Shown: positions 1 through 13,412, numbered from the stretch's first letter. The stretch: 64,000 nt of DNA from Bilabrum cf. latius (GCA_965178125.1 OZ237746.1:372001-436000); one strand, 5' to 3'. The notes: generated by a model from the sequence alone, not told the origin. Program-made: numbers and translations.

Positions 1-529
1 TCTAGGGGCCGTTCCGCTTCCTATCATCGAGGTAGTGCTGCAGCGTGCACTCGATGCCCTCGATCACCACCACCCTCGCCCTCGGCGGATTCATAGAAGA
101 GTCCTGTGCTCCACCAGCTGCTGCCCCTTTGGAGCCCGTTGATGCCGCGCTTGATGCATTACTGTCATCACACATAGCATGTAGCCACTCTGGTACATCT
201 GTGACCTGGTCGAACAGAACTTTGGCGGCAATCGAAGTCCTCTTGCGAAGCAGGTCGATCCTGTCGCTGCCTCCGGCGATCCCACTTGGGCTTGTGGTGC
301 AGGGTACGTCAGACTAGTGCGTAAAGACAACCATTGCAATGGAACTGGCGGCCGGCTTGGGAATGTCTGCGGACAATCCGGTCAAGCGTTCAGCGTCGGC
401 ATCGAGGCGCAGCAGAGTGTAGCACTCAGACACGGCTAGCACAATGTCTTGAGACGACGGCACTTCTGGAGACAATACACCAGTATCTATGATTTTGCCT
501 ATCCTCTAACTGGACTCGCTTTGCTCCAT
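1..529 (-). CDS. 5' part of a paralogue of the pseudokinase-ARM gene at 4600-10023 (runs off the left edge)
   Basis: Frame is open from ATG 529 with TAG read-through at 506, 314 and 2. Translation ...SIAAKVLFDQVTDVPEWLH...STGSKGAAAGGA...RVVVIEGIECTLQHYL aligns with SIARVLTDKVIDLPQWTH...STGSRGAAAGGA...RLIVTERVQCTLLEHI of the neighbouring gene. The start is uncertain because TTTCTGCAG before the ATG could be a splice acceptor. Confidence 0.75.
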
Positions 530-1005
530 CTGCAGAAACACGAGGAGAATACGGTAAATTTAAAATGGCTATTGTCGGCGACAGTATCGAGACCAATATT
601 GAACATGCATGATGACAAAATCTTCACTTTGATAATTGATACGTACTCATGGTCATATGTGCATCAGTTTATATCATTCTTACCCTTATCAGAGGTTGGA
701 TATGCTAATTTCAATTCGTCGATCGAACAGGGCTTATGTTGCGGTATGTTACCAAACAATTCGTAGTTTCGGTTTCACGCAGGCATTTGCTTCAATCTTC
801 GTATTCATAAAGAAGCGTGTGTTTCGTGTCGGAATACAGATGCTGTTGACATTGCGAGAACCCAATAAACGACGCTAACACGGCTTCTTTGGCAGCTCTC
901 ACGCACAATAGCTAAAAATGCCCAAACTGTCTCGCACCATGTCTTCCAGTGGTTCGGTGAGAGGCCTCTTCACCTGCGCTCGAGCGAAGTTGTGTACCAG
1001 CGGAC

Positions 1006-3621
1006 ATGCTCATTTATCGATTGCAACCCCACGCCTCGCAGGGAAGCCTAGGCTCAGAATCAGACGACTCCTTGGGCAAATTGATTTCTGAGTTATGTTC
1101 CCCCAAGAAACAGACGAAAGGATCAGCAGAGCAAACTAGTCGCAAGAAGCGAGACAGGCTGATGGGCGGCAAGAAGAAAATGAAAAGCGATAAACGCCCG
1201 ACTAAAACAAGACGAACAGCTTCGGGAGTTCGTGCGTCTGGTCGTCCAGAGGATGCGGCTACTGTCGAGAGCCAGGTCGGTAATCCGTCCACATTTGTCG
1301 GTCGAAAGCGCAGCCGGTTTGATGAGGCTGACGATGACGATGCTGCTACTACTAGTGCTGCTGCTGCTGCTGCTGCTGCTGCTCGGGCTGCTGCTGCAGC
1401 TGCTGCTAGTGCTGCTGCTAGTGCTGCGTCTGCCGCGGCTGCTGCTGCTACTGCAGCTACTGCTGCAGCTTCGTACAGGCAAAGCACTCGTCATGGAAGC
1501 AAGGTGGTGCAACAAGTGACCTCTAAGCTCGCCAAAAAGGGGGCAGGCGGTGGCAGGGGCGGCGACAGCGGCCTGAATCGTCGCGGTGCCCGGCGGGTCG
1601 ATGAGCAGGGCACTGCAATGCGTCAAGTTAGCGACCAGCGAGCTGCGATGAATCCTGCCACAAACCACGAGGCGGTTGTCTCCGCGGCGAGTCACGAGGC
1701 GAGGGCTGGGAAGCCTGCAGACTCCCGGCATCCGGTGGCGGAGGCATTGGGTGTCTCCTCTGCGAGTCGAGGGGCGAGGGATGGGAAGCATGGAGACTCC
1801 CGGCATCCGGTGGCGGAGGCATTGGGTGTCTCCTCTGCGAGTCGAGGGGCGAGGGATGGGAAGCATGGAGACTCCCAGCATCCGGTGGCGGAGGCATTGG
1901 GTGTCTCCTCTGCGAGTCGAGGGGCGAGGGCTAGGAAGCATGGAGACTCCCGGCATCCGGTGGCGGAGGCATTGGGTGTCTCCTCTGCGAGTCGAGGGGC
2001 GAGGGATGGGAAGCATGGAGACTCCCGGCATCCGGTGGCGGAGGCATTGGGTGTCTCCTCTGCGAGTCGAGGGGCGAGGGATGGGAAGCATGGAGACTCC
2101 CGGCATCCGGTGGCGGAAGCATCGGGTGTCTCCTCTGCGAGTCGAGGGGCGAGGGATGGGAAGCATGGAGACTCCCGGCATCCGGTGGCGGAGGCATTGG
2201 GTGTCTCCTCTGCGAGTCGAGGGGCGAGGGATGGGAAGCATGGAGACTCCCGGCATCCGGTGGCGGAGGCATTGGGTGTCTCCTCTGCGAGTCGAGGGGC
2301 GAGGGATGGGAAGCATGGAGACTCCCGGCATCCGGTGGCGGAGGCAGTGGGTGTCTCCGCGGCGAGTCGAGGGGCGAGGGATGGGAAGCATGGAGACTCC
2401 CGGCATCCGGTGGCGGAGGCATTGGGTGTCTCCTCTGCGAGTCGAGGGGCGAGGGATGGGAAGCCTGCAGACTCCCGGCATCCGGTGGCGGAGGCATTGG
2501 GTGTCTCCTCTGCGAGTCGAGGGGCGAGGGATGGGAAGCATGGAGACTCCCGGCATCCGGTGGCGGATGCATTGGGTGTCTCCTCTGCGAGTCGAGGGGC
2601 GAGGGATGGGAAGCATGGAGACTCCCGGCATCCGGTGGCGGAGGCATTGGGTGTCTCCTCTGCGAGTCGAGGGGCGAGGGATGGGAAGCATGGAGACTCC
2701 CGGCATCCGGTGGCGGAGGCATTGGGTGTCTCCTCTGCGAGTCGAGGGGCGAGGGATAGGAAGCATGGAGACTCCCGGCATCCGGTGGCGGAGGCATTGG
2801 GTGTCTCCTCTGCGAGTCGAGGGGCGAGGGATGGGAAGCATGGAGACTCCCGGCATCCGGTGGCGGAGGCATTGGGTGTCTCCTCTGCGAGTCGAGGGGC
2901 GAGGGATGGGAAGCCTGCAGACTCCCGGCATCCGGTGGCGGAGGCATCGGCGGGCCGAAGCAGCAGAAGAAGCTAGATCTAGCCAAATACCAAGTCACCA
3001 CACGCTGCATCGGGAGCTGGAACTTCATCTTCGAACGGCAGGGACAGTGATTCGAGCCAAGACGATGAGGGCGACGATGACGATGAGGGCGACGATGAGG
3101 GTCAGGCAGGGCGGCGTACGTACTCGTGGTTGGGTCGGGATACCGGGTACGCAGGGGTGATGGCGGATCTATTCTCGAGACACGGCACTAGCAAGGCCGA
3201 ATACCTACAATTTGCTACGCCGTCTCGGGGCATGGATCACATTGCGACAGCGTGGTTCAACCTGTTGTCAGGCCCGGACTCGCCTCTATAGCAGCTCAGG
3301 CTGGTTCTCGATGGGACTGAGGGCGGGCGTGTGTCCGATAGGCACCTCGCTGCTTGGCGCTTGTACAAGACCGTTGAAATGTACATTGGGCTGGGGAAGC
3401 ACCAGCGAGCCGTAGATCGGAAGTCTGTTTTTCTCTAGGTTGTTACCGCGATAGGGTGGTGGACCGAGCCTGTGGGGCAGCACTGGTTCCAGCTTATGGA
3501 TATTGACGACATGGCCGTCGATGACCTCGCACACAAGGCGGGAGTTCTTCTTGACGAGTGGGGGGAGCCGGACGCCAGTGTCGGCGAAGGAGATGAGAGC
3601 TCGGATCCTTTCTGCAGTTGA
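1006..3621 (+). CDS. Hypothetical low-complexity protein with a basic N-terminus, poly-Ala and 17 x 25-aa tandem repeats
   Basis: ORF 1006-2976 continues in frame through TAGs at 2974, 2980, 3289 and 3436 to TGA 3619-3621. No recognisable domain. Confidence 0.6.
1700..2948 (+). repeat. Coding minisatellite, 75-bp unit x ~17 (GDSRHPVAEALGVSSASRGARDGKH)
   Basis: gactcccggcatccggtggcggaggc... recurs every 75 nt from 1720 to 2920 with few substitutions and no spacers. Confidence 0.97.
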
Positions 3622-3663
3622 AGCCCTGCGTCCAACAGGAGGCTGCTGATTCGTGGCGACACG

Positions 3664-4500
3664 ATGAGAGCTATATGGGCCATTGACGCAGAGAGACAGT
3701 CTGCTCGAGCGGGTAGGACGGAACAATGGCGTGCGCAATCCCGCCAATTCACTATGATCATACGGTTGGCAGATTTCCGGGGTCGGCATGAGCGAGCCGA
3801 GCAAGCATGCGCTACCCACGACGATGCTACCGTAGCCCATGGTACCAACAGGGGTGGGTCGGGTAGCAATCTGCAGACCATGCGGGTGGAAGCTGCCGCT
3901 TCGGGGGCAGCGGCTTCGGGTCAGGTGCTGCAGCAGCCCGCCACCGCATCGGGACAGCAACCGCTAGTGCACACCGACGAGCGCTACTATCTCGACATCA
4001 CCTGGGACAACCTGCACAAATCGTCGGGCCTCACCTTGGAGGACAAGGCAGAGGAGTGGCGAGCTTGTGTTGTTCGAAGGGGACTCTCGGTGGAGGAGGC
4101 GACACAACTGGGCTTCCCACCGCCTTTGGAGGGCGAGATGCCGCCGCTGTGGAGACCAATAGAAGGAGAGAGCGCCGGCCAAGGACTCGGTGCCAGCCGT
4201 CCCAACGCTGTGACGAGCATCTTCAAGGGTGGAGCGGCGGCCTCTGCGGCAGCGGCGGGCGGACCGTTCGGCTCTATGGTCAGCGGAGCTGCCCCACGGG
4301 CACCATCGACATTCGTATCTTCATCGTCATCGTCTGCTACTCTTTCCGCATCCACCTCCTCCCCATCCACCGCCACTGCCAGTGGTGGGTTGGGCAGAGA
4401 CGCAGGAAAGGCAGGAAGCAACGATCTGACTGGTGTGATTCCCGTGCAGGCGCTCGCATCGCAAGCATGCCGAAAGATGTTCGGACCGGGATTGCATTGA
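3664..4500 (+). CDS. Hypothetical protein (same frame as 1006-3621, separated by one TGA)
   Basis: 278-aa ORF ending in TGA with a Ser/Ala-rich tail. Confidence 0.45.
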   Translation: MRAIWAIDAERQSARAGRTEQWRAQSRQFTMIIRLADFRGRHERAEQACATHDDATVAHGTNRGGSGSNLQTMRVEAAASGAAASGQVLQQPATASGQQPLVHTDERYYLDITWDNLHKSSGLTLEDKAEEWRACVVRRGLSVEEATQLGFPPPLEGEMPPLWRPIEGESAGQGLGASRPNAVTSIFKGGAAASAAAAGGPFGSMVSGAAPRAPSTFVSSSSSSATLSASTSSPSTATASGGLGRDAGKAGSNDLTGVIPVQALASQACRKMFGPGLH

Positions 4501-4599
4501 TCGTGGAGGTACGCCAGTTTTTGGGGTTGACAAGTATGAACGGAAATGTAATTTGAGTCACTGTATCGCACCAACGCATTAAAGATTAAGATAAGTTGC

Positions 4600-7500
4600 T
4601 CACACGCTCACATCCTGCCCTCCATTGCCGTCACCTTCTCCCTCCCGACTGCCTCCACCACTCTACTCTTCATCGTTAGCACCATCCCCACCAGCAGCAC
4701 CACTGGTATCCTCGCTCTGTTTGACTTCCTCACTGCCACCACAACCAGCGCCGTCGCCACCGGAAGCCCCTGCGCCCGGCCCGGTGGCAGCATTTGCAAG
4801 CTCGATCTGTTCCGCTGCAGACCAATCGGATGCTACACTTTTCGGATCGTTCAAGCCATCATCTGAATCATGAACAACTTTGAGAAATCGCCTGAAGCAC
4901 TGCTCAATCGGCTTCGGGAGGTCAAAGTCAGCTGCCATCACCAGCTGCACAGCCTCCAAGGATCCGGCCTGCACGACAGCAGTCACGTCACCCACAGAGC
5001 CCTTTGCTATGTCACAAACAATCCAAGCAGCAGCTACAGAATTGGTATCACAGGTACGTAGCCTGTGAATGAGGTGGGGAAGTACCCCAGATCCTACAAC
5101 CTCGCCAGCAGGCTTGGCAGCAGTTCTATCGAGGACGTTGTGCAGTGCGCTGGCCACGGCATTGAAATATTGACACTCCGGATTCTGCAGCTGGACGCAG
5201 AGACCTGCAACGCCACGAGATTGGGCAACTTCCGTACAGATCAGTCCAGAAATACTCAGCCCATGAAGCACATGCACCGCACTTTCGGCACGCGATGTTC
5301 CAAGCATATCCACAAGTGACGTGATGCCGATTGCGTCCGCAGCCGCCTTGGCGTCTACGCATGGTATCTGAAGGATGTCTCTGATATGCTTGCCTATCCA
5401 GACATCAATGCGTTCGTTAGCTGTGCGAAAGAGGAAGGCAAACTTGGGCAGCATCGTAGACCCAGCGACTGCTGCCGTTGCAGCTGTGACCACTGCACTA
5501 CCGCCGCTGCATGCGTATCGCAGAATGTGTCCAATCGCATGACCCACAAGAAGCATTCGGACTTCTTTCGAGTGAGCTTGCGATTGTTTTTGCAAGTTCG
5601 GATCTGCACCATGCTCTAATGAAGCTAGCTTGCAAACAACGAAGTACAAATCCGACAGGCAGTCCAGAAGTCCAGCATCAAAAAGAGCAAGTGAAATTGC
5701 AGGGCGATCGCGTACTAAATACTAAACGAGCTGTTGTATTGCTAACGTGCAGGTCCAGCTTCTTCTCTGTAGAGCTTTGATCAGGGCCGGGAGCACGTTC
5801 GCTTCCTGCACCGCGTTATTTGGTGGACCCGAATGAAAAGCAATACATGCCAGCGCACCAGCTACCATGTGCAGCAGCATGCGCTTCTCTTCGGAAAGCA
5901 TCAAGTCAATGAGCACTGGAACAGCCCCATGGTTGATCACGTTGGTGGCCATATCCGGTGATATTGCAGCGATGCAAGTCAGGGCACTGAGGCTACGACC
6001 AGCCAATTCTGGCGAAGCGTGGGATAGTGTGTCTACTAAGCACGCAATGAGACGATAATCTGCCTCAATGACCTCCTATAGCACATCATTACCTCCGTCC
6101 AAGGTAGTACAGAGACACTGCAGGGCAGCAACAGCAGCCTAAGTGTGACTGCCTGACTGTACAAGCTGAACCATGCTTGGCACTACACCTGATTGCACAA
6201 CCGCTGTTTTCAATCCATCACATCCACTTGCTATATTGTTGAGAGCCTACCACACTGTGCAAAGCAAATCATTGTGCATGCCGTCTGCGGACTCCGCCTC
6301 TTGAGCGATTCTTACGAGATGCGGCAGAACGCCGGCGTCAACTATCATGTGGCCAATGCCGTGATGATTCCGAGCGTAACACTGGATGAACTCAGCTGCC
6401 AGTTGCTGAGTCTCCAAGGAGTCCGATTGAAACCACTTGATCATGACTGGTAACACTCCAGCCTTACTCATGGCATCCCGGACACCGAGACATCCAGAGC
6501 CAAGATTGAGCAGGACATTGTACGCCTTGGACACGACAACAGGATCCAAGTCACCTTCGTCTGGGTCAAGGTATTCAACGAGCCTGGGAACAAGGGAAGC
6601 CTGAACCACAGCAACCTTCAGGCTGTTAGCTGCGCGTGCCATGCAAGACAAGTACTCGAGTGCAGCTTCTTGCTCTCCTTCGCTCTACTGGTTCACAATG
6701 TCTACGATGTGAACCATGCCGCCTAGCTCAGCGAACCGCCTCATTGCACCATCGTTGCCCTCTACTACTGCACACAACAATTTCAGCGTACTTGATCGTC
6801 TATCCATCAGTCCTGCTTCTGGTGCGAGCGCAGAAACGATCACAGGAACGATTTCAGTGCGTAGAATGCACTTAATCACGTCCGGGTCGTTTGCTTCCAC
6901 CATGGCGCCGAGGCATCCCAAAGATGCAGCCTTTTCATCAAGGCTACCCTTTCCAAGCAAGGCCGATAGCTTACTGACCACTTCATCGTTGACAACTGTC
7001 TTCAATATGTCGGTTGAGTCCCTGCATAGTGTCCAGAGAACTGCCGCAGCACCCGACGCACTGCCGTTTGAATCTTGGCCGAGCGCTTCCGATAGCTAAT
7101 CGAGTGCGCCCGCTGCCATCAGTTCTTTCTTGACGTGAGTGTGCGTATGACATAGCTTAGCTAAGCATGTGCACGCGTGTTTAGACTCTATCACTGAGGG
7201 ACTGTTGATCATACTGACGAGTGCTTGAATGCCCCCTGCTCCAACAAACGTCCCTACTACATCTACAGGCCCTTGCTAGAGCATACAAAGACCCCCGACT
7301 GCCTGACAGCGTGCCATTGACGAAGCTAGGCCGAGCAGGCATACGAGAATGTCGATGATACCCTCAGCGACGAGTCGCTGGTGGAGCTCCCGAGAACTGC
7401 CAACAAGTACTACGATGCACTCTGCCAGGGCATCCACTGCAGCAAGGTCGTCATGGCACGATTGGACCAGCCTCTTCACTACGGATAGCAGTCCAGCATC

Positions 7501-10023
7501 AAGCGAAAGGGCACGCACTCCAGGTGATCTACTGGCAAATGCTGTCAGAGTGGTAGCGGCCAACTGGACCAGTATCTTGTCCTGCGCACCAAGCATTCGA
7601 AGCAGCGCTGGGATGCTCTCCGACTCGACGACAGCTTGATGTGCAACGGCATTAGAAGCCAGGTGCATAAGTCCCCCGACCACATGAATTTGTACAGCTA
7701 GAGACTGAGCAGACGCATCATCGATGTTGCAGGCAGATACCATCCTCGCTAGCTGTTGCGGCGCTCCGGATTCTGCCACTGCCTACTTCAATTCCTCCGG
7801 TCCGGATGAGTAGTACCTAAGGCACTAGGCAGCTGCAAGAAGCGTGTCGCCGCTACCGAGCTTCAGCATTGCAACGAGTCCACTTAGCTCGCTAGAGTCA
7901 ATGTTCGTACCCTTTGCATCCTGAAGCACCTCGGCTATGCAGGCTAGTGTTTGTACAGCAACTGTCCTGTGGGCAGCGGATTCACCATGCACGATTCGCA
8001 CCAGGGAGCCGATTGCACCTGCATCCGCAGCGCTCTGACACGCATCAGGATTTCCTTGGATGATTCCATGCAGGGCTCGAATTGCTGCTAATGCGCAGGG
8101 TGGCACGGTCGAACCCAGTACGTGGACGAGTGTATCGACTCCATCCAAGCTGACAATCTGGCTGCGAGCGTGGCCACTATGCCAAGCCAGCTCGGCAAGG
8201 AGGCCCGCACCAGCATCCACGGACCGATCTCCTGCATTTTGCAGAAGGTCGAGCACAGCTGGAATGCCTTTTGCGTCTATGATTGAGCCTTGGATCTCGG
8301 GACTGCCAGTGGCACATTGGAGCAGCGCATGGGCGGCACACGTCGCCTCAAAGTCATCCACTGAGGACAGCCTAGATACCAACAGTGGAACTGCACCCGA
8401 CTTGAGTACCAATGAACTCTGACCACTACCAAGTGCTCCAACTGCCAGGGCTGCTGCACTCCTCTGAATGGCTTGATCCGACTGCACCATGTCTAGGAGC
8501 TGCTGCAGGGCACCGGCATCAATGAGGAGCTTCTTTGCAGCTTTGCTGCTACTGCTGCAAGCCTGTACTACAAACGCGGCAAGCTACTGGGGTAAGACTG
8601 TATCAGTTCCATTCATCGCAGCTGTCACTGCTTCAAACAGCGCTGCCTCGCCATTCCCTCTGACGAGATGGGTGGCCAGCTGCACTGCCTGCTCTCGGAG
8701 CAACTCTCTCACAGCAGCGCCAGCCTCATCCATGTGAATGATACCGAGCCCTTGATGGATGCACCATAGCATGCGTGCTAGTGCTGTACAGCTGCCCTTG
8801 GCATGCAACTCCTCGAAGGCCTCCCTCGCTGCATCGATCGCGCTGCTCTCGGGACACGGCCCGCTCAGCAGCGGCAGCAGGTGACGTGCATCTTGATCGA
8901 TGTCAGGATCACCCGAGGTGGAGAAGCGCACTGGAGCATGCATCAAATACCATTCAAGCGCAACCAGAGTGCGATCAGCCGTGCAATCGTCCTGAGTGGC
9001 TCGCGCCAGCTGCCCAAGGATCGACTCATGACCTGGGCTCTCCTCCAACTCGCCGGTTCCACTGGCAGCCGCAGCCGTAGGCCTAGTATCACGGCATGCA
9101 TGCACGAGTGCATTCAGTCCAGATGTGAGGATGTGCGAAGAAGGCTTTGGTTCTTCGCTTGCCCGCAAAGCGGGGTCTCTGGCAAGCGTCGACGTGGTTG
9201 CAACGGCGCCAAGGGCGACGGGGCTAGGGCTAGAGCTGCCGCAAGCGGAGTCATTCAGCTCTGCAATGTCCGCGCCACTGCTCTTGGGGTCCATTAGAAC
9301 GATTGGAAGAAGCACCACCCTCCCTCCATTGCCCTCGTCACACCCCGCCGTGCTCCATGCCAGGTTGTCCATCGTCAGCAGGCTGAGGTCGATGCCGTGA
9401 TGCAGCAGAAGCTTCACGATCTTGGCGATGTCGCGGGCGATAATCATTGCATCGTACTCGGAGAGTCCTGTTTTGCTGTGCTGCGTCTCTTGGATATGTT
9501 CAAGAAGCGTGCATTGCACTCTCTCGGTCACGATCAACCGGGCCGGCTGCGGCCCATTGGCGGAGACTGCTTTTGCTCCGCCAGCCGCTGCGCCTCTTGA
9601 ACCTGTCGACAAACGGGAGACTTCTGCTTTATCAAACAGATCGTGAGTCCATTGGGGCAGATCTATGACTTTGTCCGTAAGAACCCGGGCGATGCTTGCG
9701 TTCTGAGGCAGTTGCTCGACATCGCCGCTTGCGCCTGCACGTCCCTGCTGCTCTGGCACAAGCGATGCGATGCTCGGCAGTCTAGAAATACACAGAGTCA
9801 TATTGGACAGGTCAGGGATGGTTCCTTTTGGTGCACGGCTTGGCTGGGATGTGGCAACTGCCTTTGCATTGACCAGCACGAAGTGCTCAGTCTACCTCAA
9901 CACAAGTTGGTCCGACGACGACCATGCAGCTGGCAGCTTAACTACGTACGATGACAAGTCTACTGATGCGGAGCTCTCTACGCGTGCCATCTGCGATATT
10001 GAGGAGGTAGTCGTGGTTAACAT
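4600..10023 (-). CDS. ~1800-aa protein: N-terminal pseudokinase-like region plus a long armadillo (ARM) repeat array
   Basis: Seven listed ORFs share one frame and are joined by 12 TAGs with no TAA/TGA until TGA 4602-4600. ARM-type motifs: GAVPLLVSRL, GIPAVLDLL, GAIGSLVRIV, GVLPHLVRI, GAVPVLIDLM. Kinase-like V-VIb segment: RLIVTERVQCTLLEHI..LSEYDAMIIARDI..LLHHGIDLSLLTMDNL. Confidence 0.85.
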
Positions 10024-10879
10024 CAATCGAGGACGTCCAGGATCCGTGCCTGGAATATCTTGCACAGGAGGGCATAACCATCCGCATTAGTTCTACGCCA
10101 GGGCATACAAGCACGTACTAAGCCTTTTCATGCCAAGTCAGGGCTACTCTTACGTTAAGAGCTTTGTAATAATGATATCTCCTCAGAGTTTTGTTTGCCT
10201 CTCCTTAATGTTGCGCTGTGAATTGATCAAATACAGAATTTCGGTTTCCTGTGTGCATTTACGCGCGGTCAGTCGAAACTTGTAAGCGGCAAGGATGATC
10301 TCCCCACAAATACAAAACTTCTGGCAAAAAGCTACTGGTCTTTTGATAAGGTGATGTGTCGCAGATGCAAGAATTACAACACTGCCAGTGGCCCACCGGG
10401 TAGTGTTGAAGAGCACACACACAACCACGTGTCACGACCCATGAGTCATAAGCTACGTGTCACGAGCAGCCAAGGCCGGGGCGGGAGTATCAAAGCATGA
10501 TATCGTGCGGAAGTGCACGGCGGACGGATGTCATGAAGCGATGACGCATCTCTCAGCTGGCTGTGACGTGTCTGCATGCGGAGCAGCTGGCTCCTTCCCC
10601 CGGGCCTCGGCCCGCATCACCTCCACCTCACTGAACCGCATCTGATCACCACCTTCTTCCAGTCGCCGCGCAGCTGCCTTTGGATTGATGCTGCTCTGCT
10701 CACTGCGGAGAGCTTCCCCGGGTCGTCCAACAGCTTCACGCACTCACTGTGACCACTGGTGGCACCCAACCGAGCCGCCTCCAATGGACCCACCATCGCC
10801 CCACCCTCCATCTCGCGCTTCATCTCCAGCCCACCCGCCACCGGTGGACTCAGTGAGTGGGGAGCCTGAGGGATCTCAA

Positions 10880-12280
10880 TTAATGAATGGCTCGCATGCA
10901 ATCACCAGGGACCTGTCTGGTTTCAGGTCTCGAACCCCCGAACCGATGCAGCAGGATGCTAGCGGCCCCTGCCACGTTCAGGCTGTCGGCAAGGCGGCCC
11001 GCCGGGCTTTCATTCTGCTCGATGGACACCACGCTCACTGCGTGGGAGACAGCTGCACTCATCACACCTGGATATCCGAGTCGTGCTCGCTCAAGGAGCC
11101 GGCCCAGGGGCAAGTGCCTCACGGCCTGTGCTCGCTCTGGACGAAGCACCAGCACAGTCCTCTCCTTGGGTCGATCGGACTGACAGGCAACAGCTCGCTC
11201 AGTGCTAGCTATGCTATGACTATGACTATAGCTTTGCGGTACCAATCGACTGGCTTGGCTCGCATCAGGGCTTCCAGTACTCGGTGCACCACTCCGCCGG
11301 CGTATTGGTGGGTACGGCTGCATGTGTGTCACGGTCACGCCCCCACCCTCAACCTCAAACTGTGCCCGAGCACATGACTGATCTCCGTCCACCCCACATT
11401 CACTCGTCACACCATCAATCGTCACACTTTGCATGACTGAGTGCGCCTCGGCGGGTGTCCCAGCCACGAGCCACCGCACTTTTGCTTGTCCCCCTCCCGG
11501 GCCAGCTGCAACCAGTGCGTCCACAGCATCGAACACGCTGTCCGCATGGCCGACGCTACTGCTGTTACTTCTGAAGGCAGTTCCTCCGACTATACTGCTT
11601 GCAGTACCACTGAGACTCTCAGCATCAGTTGGCACATCCTCTGAATCTCCACCGTCACCCCTACCCCCACGACCACCACCAGCATCAGTTGGCACCCCCT
11701 GCACCGTGGGGAACACAAGGGGCACTGCTCTTGCCGCTTGAAGCACCTTCTGAGATCCAACACACGCACCTCCGAGGACTAGAGCACCGTCCCAGCCAGG
11801 CAGCGCCGCTGCTGCTCGCAGGATGGCGCCAGCATTACCGGGGTCCTGAATTCCGTCCAAAATCACGAGGCGGTTCCAATCATGAGGCAGCCTGACAGAT
11901 AGCGCGCTGCTCATCTACGTTGAATTCATAGAGCTCCAGCAGGGAGACCCACTTTCTCCCAGCTCTATGAGGGCAAGTGTACCGACGTCGGCCCTCGAAA
12001 CTCTGGAGCCCTCGGCCAGCCTACGATGCACCGACTGGGGTACCAATATGTGCTTAGACGCATCTAAACCCAATATGGACCTTGATGAGTATACGTTTGA
12101 TGTCTCTGAAACAAACAGGGCAGAGATTGCATGTCCAGCAGTGTGTAGCATGGGTTTGATAGTCTCAATAAGCTCTTGCGATCGCAGCAGCACTTGCCTC
12201 TTGGATCGTCTGATCTTTGAGCTCCTGGCGACAGATAGAGCGGCATCAATAATAACACCTTTACGCATTTTCCTCCACAT
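10880..12280 (-). CDS. TrmH/SpoU-family (SPOUT) RNA 2'-O-methyltransferase, MRM3-like
   Basis: Motif 1 LVILDGIQDPGNAGAILRAAAA and motif 3 DSLNVAGAASILL. ORFs 11915-12388 and 10880-11914 abut through a single TAG, and the gene ends in TAA. Start may be 12280 or 12388. Confidence 0.85.
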
Positions 12281-12401
12281 GCCTTCACGGCATGCTAGAG
12301 AAATAACGAGACTTTCCCTGTGGCAACCGAAATCTTGATGAACGTTCGACGAAGCGGGCCTTTGGCGCCAAAGTGCAACAGCAGTCATCTACATCCCCAC
12401 A

Positions 12402-13286
12402 ATGGTAGACGTTGTACCTATTGGATCTAGATCATTGGGAAAATATAATTACTTGATAGAATCCGAGGCAGTCAGCGGCTTGAGTCACCGAGCCGATACT
12501 ATCTTGGCCAAAGGTGACCACCCGCGAATTGCAATCCACAGCCAGGATTCCGGCGCATGGCTGAGTGTTCCCAGAGCAGTGGCAGCTCTGTGTAGGCCAA
12601 CACGATTTGCGCCATATTTTGTGTCGAAGCGATAGCGAATGCAGCCTCCTAGTGCCCAGGATTCGTCTCTGCTGGGCAACTGCCACACGGTCGGCATGCC
12701 GCGGCGAGCGCAGCGCACAGCGGGACGAGGAACGGAACGAGCATCGGGTTGGGTACCAACGAGTGGATCATCCATGCGAGAAGAGCTGGGCTGCCCGCCG
12801 GCATCCTCCTCTTCCTCTTCCTCCTCTTGCCTTGGGCCCTCCCCTCCGAGGACGGCCATCGAGTCGCTGGCACCCTCGGCAGCCCGGGCATCCACAGCGC
12901 CCTGCAGTCACTACTACCAAGCATTCGCGAGAGAGGCAGAGCAGCGCGCCGCCATGAAGCAGCGGTCCACTGGCACTGGCAGTCGATCAGAGACCGCAGT
13001 GGAGGCCCGCATGCCGGAGCATGGCGATGGCAGGGCGCGGTGGAAGCAGCCCCGGCCGGAGTGGACCCCCAGGACCCAAGGCCTCGTGGCGGCGCTGCGT
13101 GCCTACAGACACGGGACGATGGCGGGCCAGCGAGGCCAGGCGCAATCGTCACACGCCAGGGGTGACCTGGGTGCTGCAGTGCCCAGGGCGGTGCGGAGTG
13201 GTACCGGGGGGGCCGCCACGGCTGCCGCTGCTGCTGCTGGCTGGGCGGGTGGGTCCGTGCCCTCGTCCTACGGGGGTGCCTACTGA
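12402..13286 (+). CDS. Hypothetical protein (~294 aa)
   Basis: ORFs 12402-12635 and 12639-13286 are in the same frame, joined by TAG 12633, and end in TGA. Confidence 0.5.
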
Positions 13287-13412
13287 ACAATCGAGCTACT
13301 TTGATGGTGACTGCACATGAATATGCTGTCCACGACTGTCTGTGTCAGTAACGCTTGGACTAATCAGACGCCGAGGGCAGTGCCACACATCGTCGCACTG
13401 TATTGCCACGCA

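Noticed and set aside
1700-2948. CRISPR array
   Set aside because: Contiguous 75-bp units with no unique spacers, a codon-multiple length, no cas genes and a eukaryotic context.
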